Shown: positions 1 to 10,104, counted from the stretch's first letter. The stretch is 57,992 bases of DNA from a virus (IMGVR_UViG_3300031754_000006:1-57992); one strand, 5' to 3'. Notes: generated from the sequence alone by a model not told the origin. Made by a program: numbers and translations.

Positions 1-993
1 TGCCGCCCCCGTAGCCACAGCAATTGCCCCATCCAGGTGAACGATCCCGCTACGATCTAGCCAGTACCGGAGATGGTTTCCGGTATTGGTATAGCCAGAG
101 TTGAGCGTAAGATCGGCTGGGGTTGTCGTGCCGTTATCGACGTAGGTCTTATTAGCAGCATCAGTCCCGACGGTAGGAGTGGATACGCCTGTGACCTTAT
201 GTGAGTTAATCGGCAGATCGGCCGTAATGAATATCTTGGGCGTCGTGACTGCCAGATTGGCGATCTGAGTCGTGTTAATGCCGCTAGCCGCCACACCGAT
301 AACATTCGACGTGATCGAGAGCGTTGTGCCGTCCACGTCGTAAGCGTCGCCGATAACGCCCGTGGAACTGACCGTCAGGATCTTGGTGCTCCCAGGCAGC
401 GCCCCCGGCAGCGTCAACGCATAGTTAGCCGCCAGCGCGACAGGTACCCCGATCGTGACTGCGTTACCCGCCGATGCGCTCGGGTCCGTGAGCACCAGCG
501 GACCCGCCACCAGGGCCGCTACGAAGCCCGTAGACGCGTCAAAAGTGAACGTCTTGGGTCCCGAGGCGTACGTCACCGACGCAGGCGCTACGAGCCCGCC
601 TATGCTCCCAGGCGTCCCCGCCAGCGCCCCACTCGCCGTAATCCGTATCTGCGCCCCGTTGCCATCGACTACGTATGCGTCAACACCAGAGAATACGATC
701 TCATTAACGTCCGAGACGCCCAAGGAGCCCAAGCTGATGGGCGTATACCGTGTGCTCCGTAGGCTGATGGCGTTATTGCTGTTGAACGGGAGGTCGGCAT
801 TTATGCCTATCCCCGCCGGATGGATCTGCAGTCCCTTGCCTGCACTGTGGTCGTGCTGGTCTACCGTGCTAAAACCTTGGTTATACAATTCCCCCCAACT
901 AAGCCCAGGCGCCGCAATCCCAAACGCCAGTGTCTGGCTCGGGACCGGCAGCGTGATCGACATCGAAGCCGTAATGGGGTTAGGCGAGGCCAC
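1..993 (-). CDS. tail fibre / receptor-binding protein, N-terminal part (runs off window start)
   Basis: Not in ORF track. GTG at 993 opens a stop-free frame to position 1 (MASPNPITASMSITLPVPSQ...DQHDHSAGKG...DAANKTYVD...LRYWLDRSGIVHLDGAIAVATGAA). DAANKxYVD is a typical fibre knot motif. Confidence 0.75.
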   Translation of the reverse strand, partial: MASPNPITASMSITLPVPSQTLAFGIAAPGLSWGELYNQGFSTVDQHDHSAGKGLQIHPAGIGINADLPFNSNNAISLRSTRYTPISLGSLGVSDVNEIVFSGVDAYVVDGNGAQIRITASGALAGTPGSIGGLVAPASVTYASGPKTFTFDASTGFVAALVAGPLVLTDPSASAGNAVTIGVPVALAANYALTLPGALPGSTKILTVSSTGVIGDAYDVDGTTLSITSNVIGVAASGINTTQIANLAVTTPKIFITADLPINSHKVTGVSTPTVGTDAANKTYVDNGTTTPADLTLNSGYTNTGNHLRYWLDRSGIVHLDGAIAVATGAA

Positions 994-995
994 GG

Positions 996-1199
996 TTATC
1001 CCTTCGGGGCTTCCGCCACTGCGTCGGGCACTACCGCCAGCGCAGGCGAAGACGCAACCGCAGGTGAATTAGTCAGCATGATCTCCGTCAGTCCCTCTAG
1101 CAGCCGCACACCTAGCGCCACCTCGGAATATGGACGCTGCATAAGATAGTTTAGGACAGCAGTCCGGACCTCTTCCGGCAGTGCATATGTCTTAGCCAA
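996..1199 (-). CDS. small hypothetical protein
   Basis: TTG start at 1199 with AGGAG upstream, overlapping previous stop; LxxRPYxEV motif. Confidence 0.6.
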   Translation of the reverse strand: MAKTYALPEEVRTAVLNYLMQRPYSEVALGVRLLEGLTEIMLTNSPAVASSPALAVVPDAVAEAPKG

Positions 1200-2808
1200 T
1201 GTGTACTCCTGAGACGATATTAGAGCTAACGATCCCGCCCACGCCCACCAAACGCGCGCCATCAGTCGCAATAGAGAAAAAATCCTCTGTGGTGGTGCTG
1301 ACCGTAGCCCATGCCCCTACCCCATTCGCATTCGTGAACGTCCCCGCCGTGCCGTTCATGACGAATAGACTAGCGACCGAATCCCATACCGCCGAATCCG
1401 GCACCACACCGATCGCTGACTGCGTATTGTAGGTGAGCCCATCCGTCGATAGGATGGCATTACCCGATACGTCCGAGACGATGACCCGTGAGCCGTTCGT
1501 CACAAGCGAAGACCCGTCCAGGTTGGCCGGTGGCGTGTGCGCAGTCCAGGTCACTCCGGTAGGCGAGCTATAGATATTCCCCACCCCACTCGGGGCAATG
1601 ACGAACAGAGACAGCCCGGAGGCCCACACCGCGCCTGAGAATGCTCCGCTCCCGCTCGTAAGCCGTGCTGTCCAGGTTGCCCCGTCCGTAGACGTCCAGG
1701 TTTTCCCATTGCCATAGCCGGCTGCGACAAAAGTCGAGTTGCCCCATGCAATGGCTGCTGAGCCACTGCCGCCCGCACCCGGGCCCGCATGCGATGTCCA
1801 CGTAACGCCATCCGTGCTTGTCGCGCTGAGCCCGTTAGAGCTGGCCACAACCTCTCCACCGGCCACCAGAAGCGCCCCACTCCAGGCTAGGGACGTCCAG
1901 TTACCCGCAGGCATCGTGCGTGCCGTCCAGGTCACCCCATCCGGCGATGTCGCCGCTAGCCCATTCCCCGACCCATCTGTACCTATCGATACGAACAGGC
2001 TGAGGCTCGACGCCCAAACCACCGCGTTATACGTGTCAGCGCTCGTTCCAGGCATATTGTGATCTGCCCAGTAAGCGCTCGTATATGTAAATCCGTTGTG
2101 TAACGTTCCAGGCAGCGCCCCTGGATTCGTTACCACCACGTCCACCGCGCCCACCGTATGCGCTGGACTCGTTACCGCAATCGTGGTGCTAGTGATCGTC
2201 CCAGCCGTGGCTGCTGTACCTCCAAATGTAACCGTAGCTCCCGCTAGAAAATTAGTGCCCGTGATAGTGGTGGACGTACCACCTGCGATCGGCCCGTTAT
2301 TCGGCGACAGGCTGATCGGATTCGCAGTAGGCGCAGACGCATCGAACAGAATGGACGTCGTGGCTGGCGAGTTAGGCACCGGAAACTGATAAGGGAAGTA
2401 ATACAGTCCCGATCCGATCTCGGTAAACCCTGGCTGTGTCAGGCTCGCCAGCGTATTGAGGTCATCGTATAGCAAGAACTGCGGCGCAATCCCGATAGCC
2501 GCGTCCCCGAAATCCACCACTTCGCGGATCGCACCTGTATTCGTATTGATCGGCTGCGGAGTGACCACCAAAGGAATGCTTACACCGCCTGCAGTGACCT
2601 TTAGGACAACTCTGGTTGTCTGGGGCGAGCTGGACAGCGGAAAGTTGATATCGAAGTAATAGATCCCGTCCGCAACTTCATACACCACCGGCTGCGTCAG
2701 GCTTATAAGCGTGTCAAGGTCTTTGTATTGCAGGAACGTAGGCAGCAGACCCGTATTCATGGGCCCGAAATCCACCACCTGCCTACCCTGTGTGCGGAAT
2801 TGGACCAT
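1192..2808 (-). CDS. virion adhesin / tail appendage: duplicated N-terminal module, IPT/TIG Ig-like domain, beta-propeller
   Basis: SLSPNNGPIAGGTSTTITGTNF...VDVVVTNP (IPT/TIG); repeated S-x-D-G-x-T-W Asp-box motifs. Confidence 0.75.
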   Translation of the reverse strand: MVQFRTQGRQVVDFGPMNTGLLPTFLQYKDLDTLISLTQPVVYEVADGIYYFDINFPLSSSPQTTRVVLKVTAGGVSIPLVVTPQPINTNTGAIREVVDFGDAAIGIAPQFLLYDDLNTLASLTQPGFTEIGSGLYYFPYQFPVPNSPATTSILFDASAPTANPISLSPNNGPIAGGTSTTITGTNFLAGATVTFGGTAATAGTITSTTIAVTSPAHTVGAVDVVVTNPGALPGTLHNGFTYTSAYWADHNMPGTSADTYNAVVWASSLSLFVSIGTDGSGNGLAATSPDGVTWTARTMPAGNWTSLAWSGALLVAGGEVVASSNGLSATSTDGVTWTSHAGPGAGGSGSAAIAWGNSTFVAAGYGNGKTWTSTDGATWTARLTSGSGAFSGAVWASGLSLFVIAPSGVGNIYSSPTGVTWTAHTPPANLDGSSLVTNGSRVIVSDVSGNAILSTDGLTYNTQSAIGVVPDSAVWDSVASLFVMNGTAGTFTNANGVGAWATVSTTTEDFFSIATDGARLVGVGGIVSSNIVSGVHIG

Positions 2809-3047
2809 TAGAACGTCGGCGCTGCGAACCCAGTGAGATAAAAAACCCCAAAGTCAGTCGTTACCTTCAAATATCCCGCCACAGTCCCCGAGGGCAGCGC
2901 CGTAACGAACGTGTCCGCATTCACAACCTGCTTAAACGCTGCTTCAATGACCGGAAACGCCCCTGACTGCACCTGCGTGATGTCCTTAGCCAGTCCAGGC
3001 ACGTCCTTAGCCACGCTTAATACACGCGGTAGCTTCTTCACGGCCAA
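2808..3047 (-). CDS. small virion-module protein
   Basis: ORF overlapping both neighbours in structural operon. Confidence 0.55.
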   Translation of the reverse strand: MAVKKLPRVLSVAKDVPGLAKDITQVQSGAFPVIEAAFKQVVNADTFVTALPSGTVAGYLKVTTDFGVFYLTGFAAPTF

Positions 3048-3835
3048 CTCCCACCGCCAAGACCGCCACCCCAGGGGCCGCCCTGCCCAAAAGCGCCATT
3101 ACCGGATGTCTCAGAGACCGTATTCGGCTCCCCCATATCCCGGTTCTGCGCTTCCTTCTCCAGCCGCTCCTTGATCTCCAGCTTCCGAGCTGCAAACAGC
3201 ATCGGATCCCGCTCTTGCTTGCCTAGGCACTTAATGCAGGCATCGATAATCACGTACTCAAGCCACCCGTTCCAGTCACTGGCCACATCTTGGTCGTTTA
3301 CCAGCGGCAGGAGTTTGGGTGCATACCGCATCTGAATCACCAAGCCAGCGCTTGGCGTGGGCGTAAACATGATGTTCGTACCCACATATGCATATCGCGG
3401 GTAGAAAAACGGGCTGCCGAAAGTCAAATAACCGGGATAGTTATACCGATTCTTCTCAGGCAGGTTGAACTTGCGCAGCGTGACCGGGCTAAACGGCGTC
3501 GCAAACGGCCCCTGTATGATCTCCACCAGCTGCCCCTTAAAGAACGCAGGGGCATTCACGTAGAGAAAGCCATCGGGCAACGGATACAGGTTGTCTGTAC
3601 CGTTGAGCGGTATCGTTGCCTGCGCTGTGTAGTAATCCTCGAAGCGCAGCGTGAGGAGCCCATACAGCTCAAAACGGCTCTGATTGATATACCGGGTCAG
3701 CTCAGAGTCAGAGATGTGCGGATCGTTCTCAATATCGCATTCTTGCCGCACGGTGGTTCGCAGGCTGATGAGCGTTTGAGGCCCACCAGCCTGCGAATAC
3801 ACCGGATCAGACGGGATGACAGCCGAGACTGTCAC
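3038..3835 (-). CDS. head-tail adaptor / tail tubular protein A-like
   Basis: 265 aa downstream of capsid genes; helical N-terminus (ISDSELTRYINQS), Y-x-LP-x-GF and F-x-P-x-P motifs. Confidence 0.6.
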   Translation of the reverse strand: MTVSAVIPSDPVYSQAGGPQTLISLRTTVRQECDIENDPHISDSELTRYINQSRFELYGLLTLRFEDYYTAQATIPLNGTDNLYPLPDGFLYVNAPAFFKGQLVEIIQGPFATPFSPVTLRKFNLPEKNRYNYPGYLTFGSPFFYPRYAYVGTNIMFTPTPSAGLVIQMRYAPKLLPLVNDQDVASDWNGWLEYVIIDACIKCLGKQERDPMLFAARKLEIKERLEKEAQNRDMGEPNTVSETSGNGAFGQGGPWGGGLGGGSWP

Positions 3836-4327
3836 TTAGCCCCCTTGGCCGCCCTCGTCGCCGTCAGGCTCCCCGCCCGAATCAGCAATCATGAAAAACG
3901 CCTTGAGCGCCTGAGCCACCTTCTCTGCATTCCCGCCCTTCATGCCCATAGCTTCCATCACGCCCTGGGCGGCTACCTTCTCCTGCGGGCTGCACTCGTA
4001 GTCCTCTCCAGCCTCTCCGCCCTCTGCCATGGCCTGAGGCCCCTTGCTTGGCTTGGGAAGGGGGAACGGCACGTGTCCCCCCTGTGCGAGCGGCTGGTAG
4101 TCGAACGGGAAGCCCACAGTATCGTCCTCACCCGGTCCCACCGGGCTCGGAGCCCACTTCGGCCATGCATATCCGCCCCGGAATAGGGCCTGATAGTTAC
4201 TCGCCACCTTGCCGCCCCCAAACAGAGGCTGTGCATCGGTTGGCTTTGCACCCTCGTCGGTCAGGCCAGGGCGCTTCTGCACATAGCGGGGAGAGAGACC
4301 AAAGCCATTTGGATAAGATCGTGGCAT
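3836..4327 (-). CDS. hypothetical virion-associated protein with repeated x-x-G-G motifs
   Basis: FGGG, FRGG, LAQGG, MAEGG; ends GGQGG; GGAG RBS. Confidence 0.65.
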   Translation of the reverse strand: MPRSYPNGFGLSPRYVQKRPGLTDEGAKPTDAQPLFGGGKVASNYQALFRGGYAWPKWAPSPVGPGEDDTVGFPFDYQPLAQGGHVPFPLPKPSKGPQAMAEGGEAGEDYECSPQEKVAAQGVMEAMGMKGGNAEKVAQALKAFFMIADSGGEPDGDEGGQGG

Positions 4328-4336
4328 GGCATCTCC

Positions 4337-4777
4337 TTATACTGCGCCGGAATTGGCGAGCTGGAATCCGATGTGTGCGATTTCACCGTTAGCCGGATCT
4401 GCTGCCACTTGGGCCGTGTTCGCTGTCGCTGTAGGCCCGGTCAAGAGCAGTACGATCTGGCCGTTGGTATTGACCGTGTTGGATGCCACCGCGATCTGCG
4501 CCACCGTCGAGGGCGTATTAGCGCCCACCGCGAGCGTATTGAATACCCAGTTGATGTTGAGGAGTCGGGTATACGTCTCAGTGATGTTGATATTCCCTGC
4601 ATAGCCAAACTGCACGGTCCAGTTGCCAGCGCTGTTGCGTGTCACAGACAGGATACCGATCGAGTTGACCGCATCCAGCGTGATCGCACCAGCGGCGCCA
4701 ATCGTCGCTCTCATGTCAATGAAGCAGCGTTCCTTGACGAAGGAGCGCAACGCCCCATCCATCTGTCGGTTAGCCAT
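4337..4777 (-). CDS. putative capsid decoration / minor head protein
   Basis: 146 aa beta-rich protein directly after major capsid gene; AGGAG RBS. Confidence 0.5.
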   Translation of the reverse strand: MANRQMDGALRSFVKERCFIDMRATIGAAGAITLDAVNSIGILSVTRNSAGNWTVQFGYAGNINITETYTRLLNINWVFNTLAVGANTPSTVAQIAVASNTVNTNGQIVLLLTGPTATANTAQVAADPANGEIAHIGFQLANSGAV

Positions 4778-4803
4778 GGGATTATCTCCTTTCTGGCTGC
4801 CCG

Positions 4804-6075
4804 TTAGTTGGAGAGCTGCACGACTGCGTTATGGCCCGGAGAGTCCGAGACCATCATCCCGTATCCACCGATACGGATCTGCGTCGCGTCGTTCGACGGG
4901 TCACGTAGCTCCGTCATCCCGTCCAGCTCAGTCAGAATATGCGGCAGCGGCTTCATGGAGCCCAACGTCCAGCTGTCCGGGTCGAGCAGATAGATCAGCT
5001 TTCCGGGGCAGGAACGGTCCGCGAAGATGTTGATCTCTTCGTCCGCACCGTGAATGCGAATACCAGCGAACCCGATACCCGGCACATCGTCGTGCTCGTA
5101 GTTCACATATTCACGCTTCGAGCCAAGGGCCTTCTCCAGGGCGGCAAAGCTGGTGTGGTTGGTGATCGCCAGCTCCGGGTTACCGTCTTCACGGGCAACC
5201 AGGGCAGCCGCATCGATAATCGCCTCCTCAATGCTCTGCGCCGTCCCGTTCCACCGGATACCCGCCAGACGCGTCGGATCTGGAGACCTGTCCACGCCGT
5301 TGAACGCATCACCCGACGTCGGAGCAGTGAGCGGCAGCCAATCCTGGAGTCCGTTGATCGCCAGGTTGTTATCACCAGCCACACGGAAGAACAGCGTACC
5401 CGTCCAGCTGGTAGGCGTACCGGCCGATCCGGTGTACCCAGTAGCGCTCACCGTGACCGTGCTGGCCGCGCGGTCAACCGAGATCACGTAACCGTAGTTA
5501 GGCGAACCGATCGCCGAACCACCGTCCGTCGCTGCCGCCTCCAGCTTCTGCCCCTTCTCAAACTGCGTCACGGACAGCGGGTCCGAAAGGACGATCACGC
5601 CTGAGGTAATGGTCGCAGTCGTCTTCCCGATCGTGCCCGTGGAGCTGCGGAACAGTGCTCCAGCCCAACGGTTCTCAGCGGTCTTCATCCCGCCGTTCAT
5701 TTCCCGTTGGATCGCCTTCAGGAACGCGCCCGAATCGTTGCGGCTGGCCAGCTGCACCAGGTTAGTGATCGTGACCACCGCGTAGTCCTGCACCCACGGC
5801 ATGAAGAACTTGATGCCGGAGCTGGCAGTGATCTGCGCCAGCGCATTGGTGAAGTTGTGCGACGCCCCCTGCGGGTTGCCGTACACCACCGGGATCGGCA
5901 CGATCTCACCGGCCCAATCCTCCTCCTTGTGGATCATCGCCAGCCACTTATTGCGGCGATAAACCATGACCTTCACTTGCTGCGGGCCGTAATATTCCTT
6001 GAGAATGAACTGCAGCGCTGTGGCATTGCTTAGCCCCGACGCGTCCGGAAATGTATAAGACGGGAAAGTAGACAC
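4804..6075 (-). CDS. major capsid protein
   Basis: 423 aa after scaffold; ILKEYY N-terminus, INGLQDW, YLLDPDSW, C-terminal PGHNAVV; GAGGTG RBS. Confidence 0.8.
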   Translation of the reverse strand: MSTFPSYTFPDASGLSNATALQFILKEYYGPQQVKVMVYRRNKWLAMIHKEEDWAGEIVPIPVVYGNPQGASHNFTNALAQITASSGIKFFMPWVQDYAVVTITNLVQLASRNDSGAFLKAIQREMNGGMKTAENRWAGALFRSSTGTIGKTTATITSGVIVLSDPLSVTQFEKGQKLEAAATDGGSAIGSPNYGYVISVDRAASTVTVSATGYTGSAGTPTSWTGTLFFRVAGDNNLAINGLQDWLPLTAPTSGDAFNGVDRSPDPTRLAGIRWNGTAQSIEEAIIDAAALVAREDGNPELAITNHTSFAALEKALGSKREYVNYEHDDVPGIGFAGIRIHGADEEINIFADRSCPGKLIYLLDPDSWTLGSMKPLPHILTELDGMTELRDPSNDATQIRIGGYGMMVSDSPGHNAVVQLSN

Positions 6076-6225
6076 TTGAATGCACCTCTAGCGTTGCGTG
6101 CGGTATCCGCACGGTGAGCGACTGTGGAATGGCCGGATTACTCAGGCGCGGTCGCTTCTAAACGCTACAGACTGCCTTAGTGCCTACTGCTTATGTGGCG
6201 TTACGGTGCCTTCTCTTAACGTTAA

Positions 6226-6471
6226 TCAGGTCCCCGAACGGATATGCGGCGCTGCATTGCGGGCGCTGTTCTGTTGCTCCTGCGCCTCACGCACGGCCTT
6301 CTTGATCAGCTCCCGCTCCATGGCCCTCAGCGGCGCCAGCTCAGGCCACCAAGGCGACCCAAACGCTCTAATCCCTGCCTCAAAGGCTGCACGCCGTAGC
6401 TTGGACCTTGGGTCGTCTACGATCACTTCCTCTGGCTTCTCTATCCCCTGACTGAAGTCCAACTCGCTCAT
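6226..6471 (-). CDS. hypothetical protein
   Basis: ORF in operon between scaffold and capsid. Confidence 0.5.
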   Translation of the reverse strand: MSELDFSQGIEKPEEVIVDDPRSKLRRAAFEAGIRAFGSPWWPELAPLRAMERELIKKAVREAQEQQNSARNAAPHIRSGT

Positions 6472-6548
6472 AGACTAATGAATCCCTTTCGGCACTCGTC
6501 GGCTGGACAGTAAAGGCTGCGGCACGTGCTCGGGCTGTGAGCCTTCAT
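6468..6548 (-). CDS. 26-aa micro-ORF (MKAHSPSTCRSLYCPADECRKGFISL)
   Basis: ATGA overlaps with both flanking genes. Confidence 0.4.
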   Translation of the reverse strand: MKAHSPSTCRSLYCPADECRKGFISL

Positions 6549-7606
6549 CCCTGCCGCCTCTGCCTGAAGAGCCCTTCGATCTGCGCAGACACCCTGGCCC
6601 TCTTCTCTGCCTCTGTCTCGGGCCGCTGATTCAGCGTCTGCCCCGTCGAGGCTCCCATATTATTCTGCAGCGTCCTCACCGGAGGCGGTCGAACCATCGC
6701 CCTCTGCGACGGCGTCAGGCTCACCCCGAGCTGTGCCGCTACCTCTTGATCGCTCACCAGCTCCTGCGCATTCTTGATCAGCTGCGCCCTCACCGTGTCA
6801 GACGCTTCCTTTAGACTGATCCGTTTGCCCGTTGTCCGAAACTTATTGTCAATCTCTTCGAAGATCGCATCCACGCCACGATCCCCAGCCAGCCGAGTAA
6901 CTACCTTATACGTCGGGTCTGCCTGCAGAAACTCTGCGATCTCGCCCTTGAATTCCCGCACGGCAAATTCTGCCTCTTGCTGCTGATATGCCTGTGCCTC
7001 GCGCTGTTGAGCTTGCTGTCTCGCCTGCTCCCGCCGCGCCTCTTCGTCCCGCACCCGGTTAATCGCTTCCTGGTTGCGCCGGTTCGCCTCGTCCAGCTTG
7101 GCATCCACCGTAGCAGCCAGCTTCTGCTCCGGGGTCATTTGCTGGCCATTTAACATAAATTGCAGCGCGGACTCGGGGTTATACCCGTGCGCCCTAAGCA
7201 GCTCGTTTGGGTTCTGACGCCAGATCGCCCGCTGCTCCTCCTCCCGCCGGATGGCCTCCTCCCGGGCCGCTAGCGCCTCCTCCCGTCCCCTCGCCCTCGC
7301 CTCAGCTGCCCGAGCCTCCTGCAGCCTCATACGCGCTTGCTTGTCTTTCTGAGCCACCACCGCAAGCCGCCATGCCTCCTGCACCACCGGAGCGCCTTCC
7401 TGGCCCTCCTGCGGGGCTTCCTGCTGCTCGGGTGGAACCTGGGGCGCCTGCTGCTGCGGCATCCCCGGAATCGGTGCCGTGGGTGCATTCGGCCCCAGCG
7501 CCGGATCCCGAGTCGGTGTGTATGCGATCGGCGCACCCGCGCTGCCAGGCGTAGCCGCCGACCCATTCCTATTCGTTACTGCGATATTTCCTGACAGGGG
7601 GCTCAT
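6545..7606 (-). CDS. capsid scaffolding protein
   Basis: Pro/Gln-rich N-terminus plus long coiled coil between portal and capsid; ATG at 7606 overlaps upstream stop. Confidence 0.7.
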   Translation of the reverse strand: MSPLSGNIAVTNRNGSAATPGSAGAPIAYTPTRDPALGPNAPTAPIPGMPQQQAPQVPPEQQEAPQEGQEGAPVVQEAWRLAVVAQKDKQARMRLQEARAAEARARGREEALAAREEAIRREEEQRAIWRQNPNELLRAHGYNPESALQFMLNGQQMTPEQKLAATVDAKLDEANRRNQEAINRVRDEEARREQARQQAQQREAQAYQQQEAEFAVREFKGEIAEFLQADPTYKVVTRLAGDRGVDAIFEEIDNKFRTTGKRISLKEASDTVRAQLIKNAQELVSDQEVAAQLGVSLTPSQRAMVRPPPVRTLQNNMGASTGQTLNQRPETEAEKRARVSAQIEGLFRQRRQG

Positions 7607-7875
7607 CCGATCTCCTTCGCGAGCCTGCACAGCTCATGATGCGTTAAGTATGAATGGCACTCCGGACACGTCCCGATCCGCCGCATCACATGCACCACCG
7701 TCGGCCCGTTCCACTGGATATCCCGCAGCAGCTCCCGTAGCGCTTTAATCTTCATCGCTCCCGAGATATCCACAGGCGGGGCAGGGAATGACGGGAATTC
7801 TATGGTCGGTGCTGGACTCAGCTCCGGGTTCATGACCTTCTCAACCGGGGGACGTGCATCAGCTTTCTTTGCCAT
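7603..7875 (-). CDS. hypothetical protein with CPEC..H..C motif
   Basis: ORF with GGAGA RBS; possible Zn site. Confidence 0.55.
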   Translation of the reverse strand: MAKKADARPPVEKVMNPELSPAPTIEFPSFPAPPVDISGAMKIKALRELLRDIQWNGPTVVHVMRRIGTCPECHSYLTHHELCRLAKEIG

Positions 7876-7884
7876 TGGTCTCTC

Positions 7885-9876
7885 CTAGGCTGCGGCTTGC
7901 GGCATCTGTGTTCCTGCCGGGGGCATAAGCTGACTCTGTGGCGGCGGTGCCGGCACGCCCTGCCCAGGCTGCAACGCGCCCTGCTGCGGAGGCGGAGCAG
8001 CGGCCGCTTGTGCCATCGCACTCATCCGCTGCACCTGCCCAAGCCAGCCCCTAAGCAGTTCCAGCGTCTTCTCTGGCATGTTATTGGCCGCCCCGACGCT
8101 GTACTCCTGGATACCCAGCTTCGAGGCCATCGCCAGGTTCATATATGGGTCAGGTATCTGCGCCTTGCCCGTATCGATCATGGCGTCTATCTGCTGCATG
8201 ATCCAGTCCTCAGCCGCCCCCATGAGCGTCTGCACTTGCTGCAGGTCCGGGAAATCAAGCAGCCGCTGCCCTGTTTGCGCATCCACAAACCCGGCCTTAA
8301 TCAGATCCTGGATCGTAGCAAGCTTGCCCTGCGGCGTACTCGGCAGAGACGAAACAGGCGAGCACTTGAGGATATACTCGTCCTCATCCAGCTTGACCGC
8401 TCCCCAGTCGATCGTACGCAGGAACTTAGCACCTGGCATCGAAGCAGCAGCCACAGGCGCGCGCAGCTGATACTTGCCTTCCCGTTCAAAGATGTCCCGC
8501 ACCACATCTATCTGCAGCGCAGTGACATCCATATGCCAGGCTTCGTACTGCTGCCCGGCATACTGAAACCCTTCGTTCTCTATGTCGTGATAGACCCGCT
8601 GCGCTTCGCCAGAGTCGAGCCCGGCCGGCTTCTGCCCCACGGCGGAGAGCTGACTCAACCGCGCAATTTCAAACGCCCTCGCCTTGATTTTCTCGAAGTG
8701 CTCGAAATACTGATCATTCATGGCCGGCGGAGTCAGGAATTGCGGCGTCATGCTCCCCTTAGGGACGTGTAGAATGGTGCCGATCTTGTCCTGAAAGTGC
8801 TGATCCGGCACCGTCCCATTCTCTACGGCGATCCTGAACGCAGCCATGAGCCGGAAAGCACGCTGAAACATTATCAGGAGATGGTTCATCTCCACTTGCG
8901 ACCCGATCAGCTCCTGCGCCAGGCTGATCCCATGCCACCCATATATGCTGGGCTTCCACCGGTAGACTGCAAACGGAAAGCGCTTCTTGCGGTACGGCTC
9001 CCTGAGTAGGACCGCGTTATCAATTACGATCGTGTGCCAGCCATCCTTGGTCGGCTCCCCGTTCGCATCTAGCCCGCTGGGCAAATGCCAGCTCTCTGCC
9101 ACTGCCACCGTATCCGCTACGTACTGGTAACTGCCTCCTAGCTCATCGCGGCTGGAGATATGGCACTGCCTGATCGCGTCTGCCTTCTCCGGGAATGCCT
9201 CTAGCAGCCGCTGCCGATCTATGTTCTTGATCCGATGCATCTGCGTCGGGCAGCCGTAGAACCCATCCACTTCATCCACATACAATTCACTGGGCATCAC
9301 CCGTTCTGTTACGACGCGTCCAGTAACTGGATCCTCGAATACGTGGACGATGCCTTCGTTCAGGATCAGCGCATCACGGAAGTTATCCGGGCCCCGCTCA
9401 TCCATCTTGCATTCGTAGGCCATCCCGTCTGCAAACTGCGTGAGCTTCTTGGCACGCCGCTGCTGCCGATAGTCCCCACCCTGCGTCAGGAACATCGGCC
9501 GGATCTTGTTCTTAGTGATCTTGCTGATCAGCGTATCCGCTACGATCGCAATAACGTTGTACGTCAGCCGTCCGGTCAGGCTCGGGTGGATCGTATGCAG
9601 CCGGTCATAGCTCGCACCGAATGCAGACCCTGGTATCATCCCGCCGTAGAGCCGTGCGCATACTTGCCGCTGCTGCTCGAAAGCCAACTGCATGCGCCGT
9701 ATGTGCTCAACCGTCGCCTTGACTGAGCCTGGTATCTCTTCCTCTTTGAGATCCCACCAGCGCGCAGACGGGAGCGGGCCGTCATAGTCGTTGCGCTTCT
9801 TGCCCTTCTCCACCATCTCGCCCAACGTGCCATTGCCCTTGACGCCCGTCCCCTTGTCCACCCGCTTAATCGCCAT
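7885..9876 (-). CDS. portal protein (podoviral type)
   Basis: 663 aa after terminase; helical, DSGEA motif, Pro/Gln-rich tail. Confidence 0.8.
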   Translation of the reverse strand: MAIKRVDKGTGVKGNGTLGEMVEKGKKRNDYDGPLPSARWWDLKEEEIPGSVKATVEHIRRMQLAFEQQRQVCARLYGGMIPGSAFGASYDRLHTIHPSLTGRLTYNVIAIVADTLISKITKNKIRPMFLTQGGDYRQQRRAKKLTQFADGMAYECKMDERGPDNFRDALILNEGIVHVFEDPVTGRVVTERVMPSELYVDEVDGFYGCPTQMHRIKNIDRQRLLEAFPEKADAIRQCHISSRDELGGSYQYVADTVAVAESWHLPSGLDANGEPTKDGWHTIVIDNAVLLREPYRKKRFPFAVYRWKPSIYGWHGISLAQELIGSQVEMNHLLIMFQRAFRLMAAFRIAVENGTVPDQHFQDKIGTILHVPKGSMTPQFLTPPAMNDQYFEHFEKIKARAFEIARLSQLSAVGQKPAGLDSGEAQRVYHDIENEGFQYAGQQYEAWHMDVTALQIDVVRDIFEREGKYQLRAPVAAASMPGAKFLRTIDWGAVKLDEDEYILKCSPVSSLPSTPQGKLATIQDLIKAGFVDAQTGQRLLDFPDLQQVQTLMGAAEDWIMQQIDAMIDTGKAQIPDPYMNLAMASKLGIQEYSVGAANNMPEKTLELLRGWLGQVQRMSAMAQAAAAPPPQQGALQPGQGVPAPPPQSQLMPPAGTQMPQAAA

Positions 9877-9879
9877 GAC

Positions 9880-10104
9880 TTAGACTTCCTCTTCCTTCGG
9901 CACACCGCCCACTGAGTGGAACAGGATCTCTTCGTCGGAGGGGACGCCCTCCTCCATGGCCTTGGCTATATCAGCCATGACTTTGATATCCGGAGTTGTG
10001 GCCTGGGGCTCAAACTCCATTTCTAGCCCCGAACACACAATCCGCCTGATGCCATGCTTCCGGCAGATCGGCGCGAGCGCCTCGATAAGGTCCACGTCTG
10101 TCAC
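9880..10104 (-). CDS. hypothetical protein
   Basis: coupled ORF before portal. Confidence 0.55.
   Translation of the reverse strand: MTDVDLIEALAPICRKHGIRRIVCSGLEMEFEPQATTPDIKVMADIAKAMEEGVPSDEEILFHSVGGVPKEEEV

Noticed and set aside
3836-4327. C-terminal GGQGG as a ubiquitin/Pup-like conjugation tail
   Set aside because: No beta-grasp signature and no E1, PafA or Dop genes; lies in the head operon far from the ATPase.
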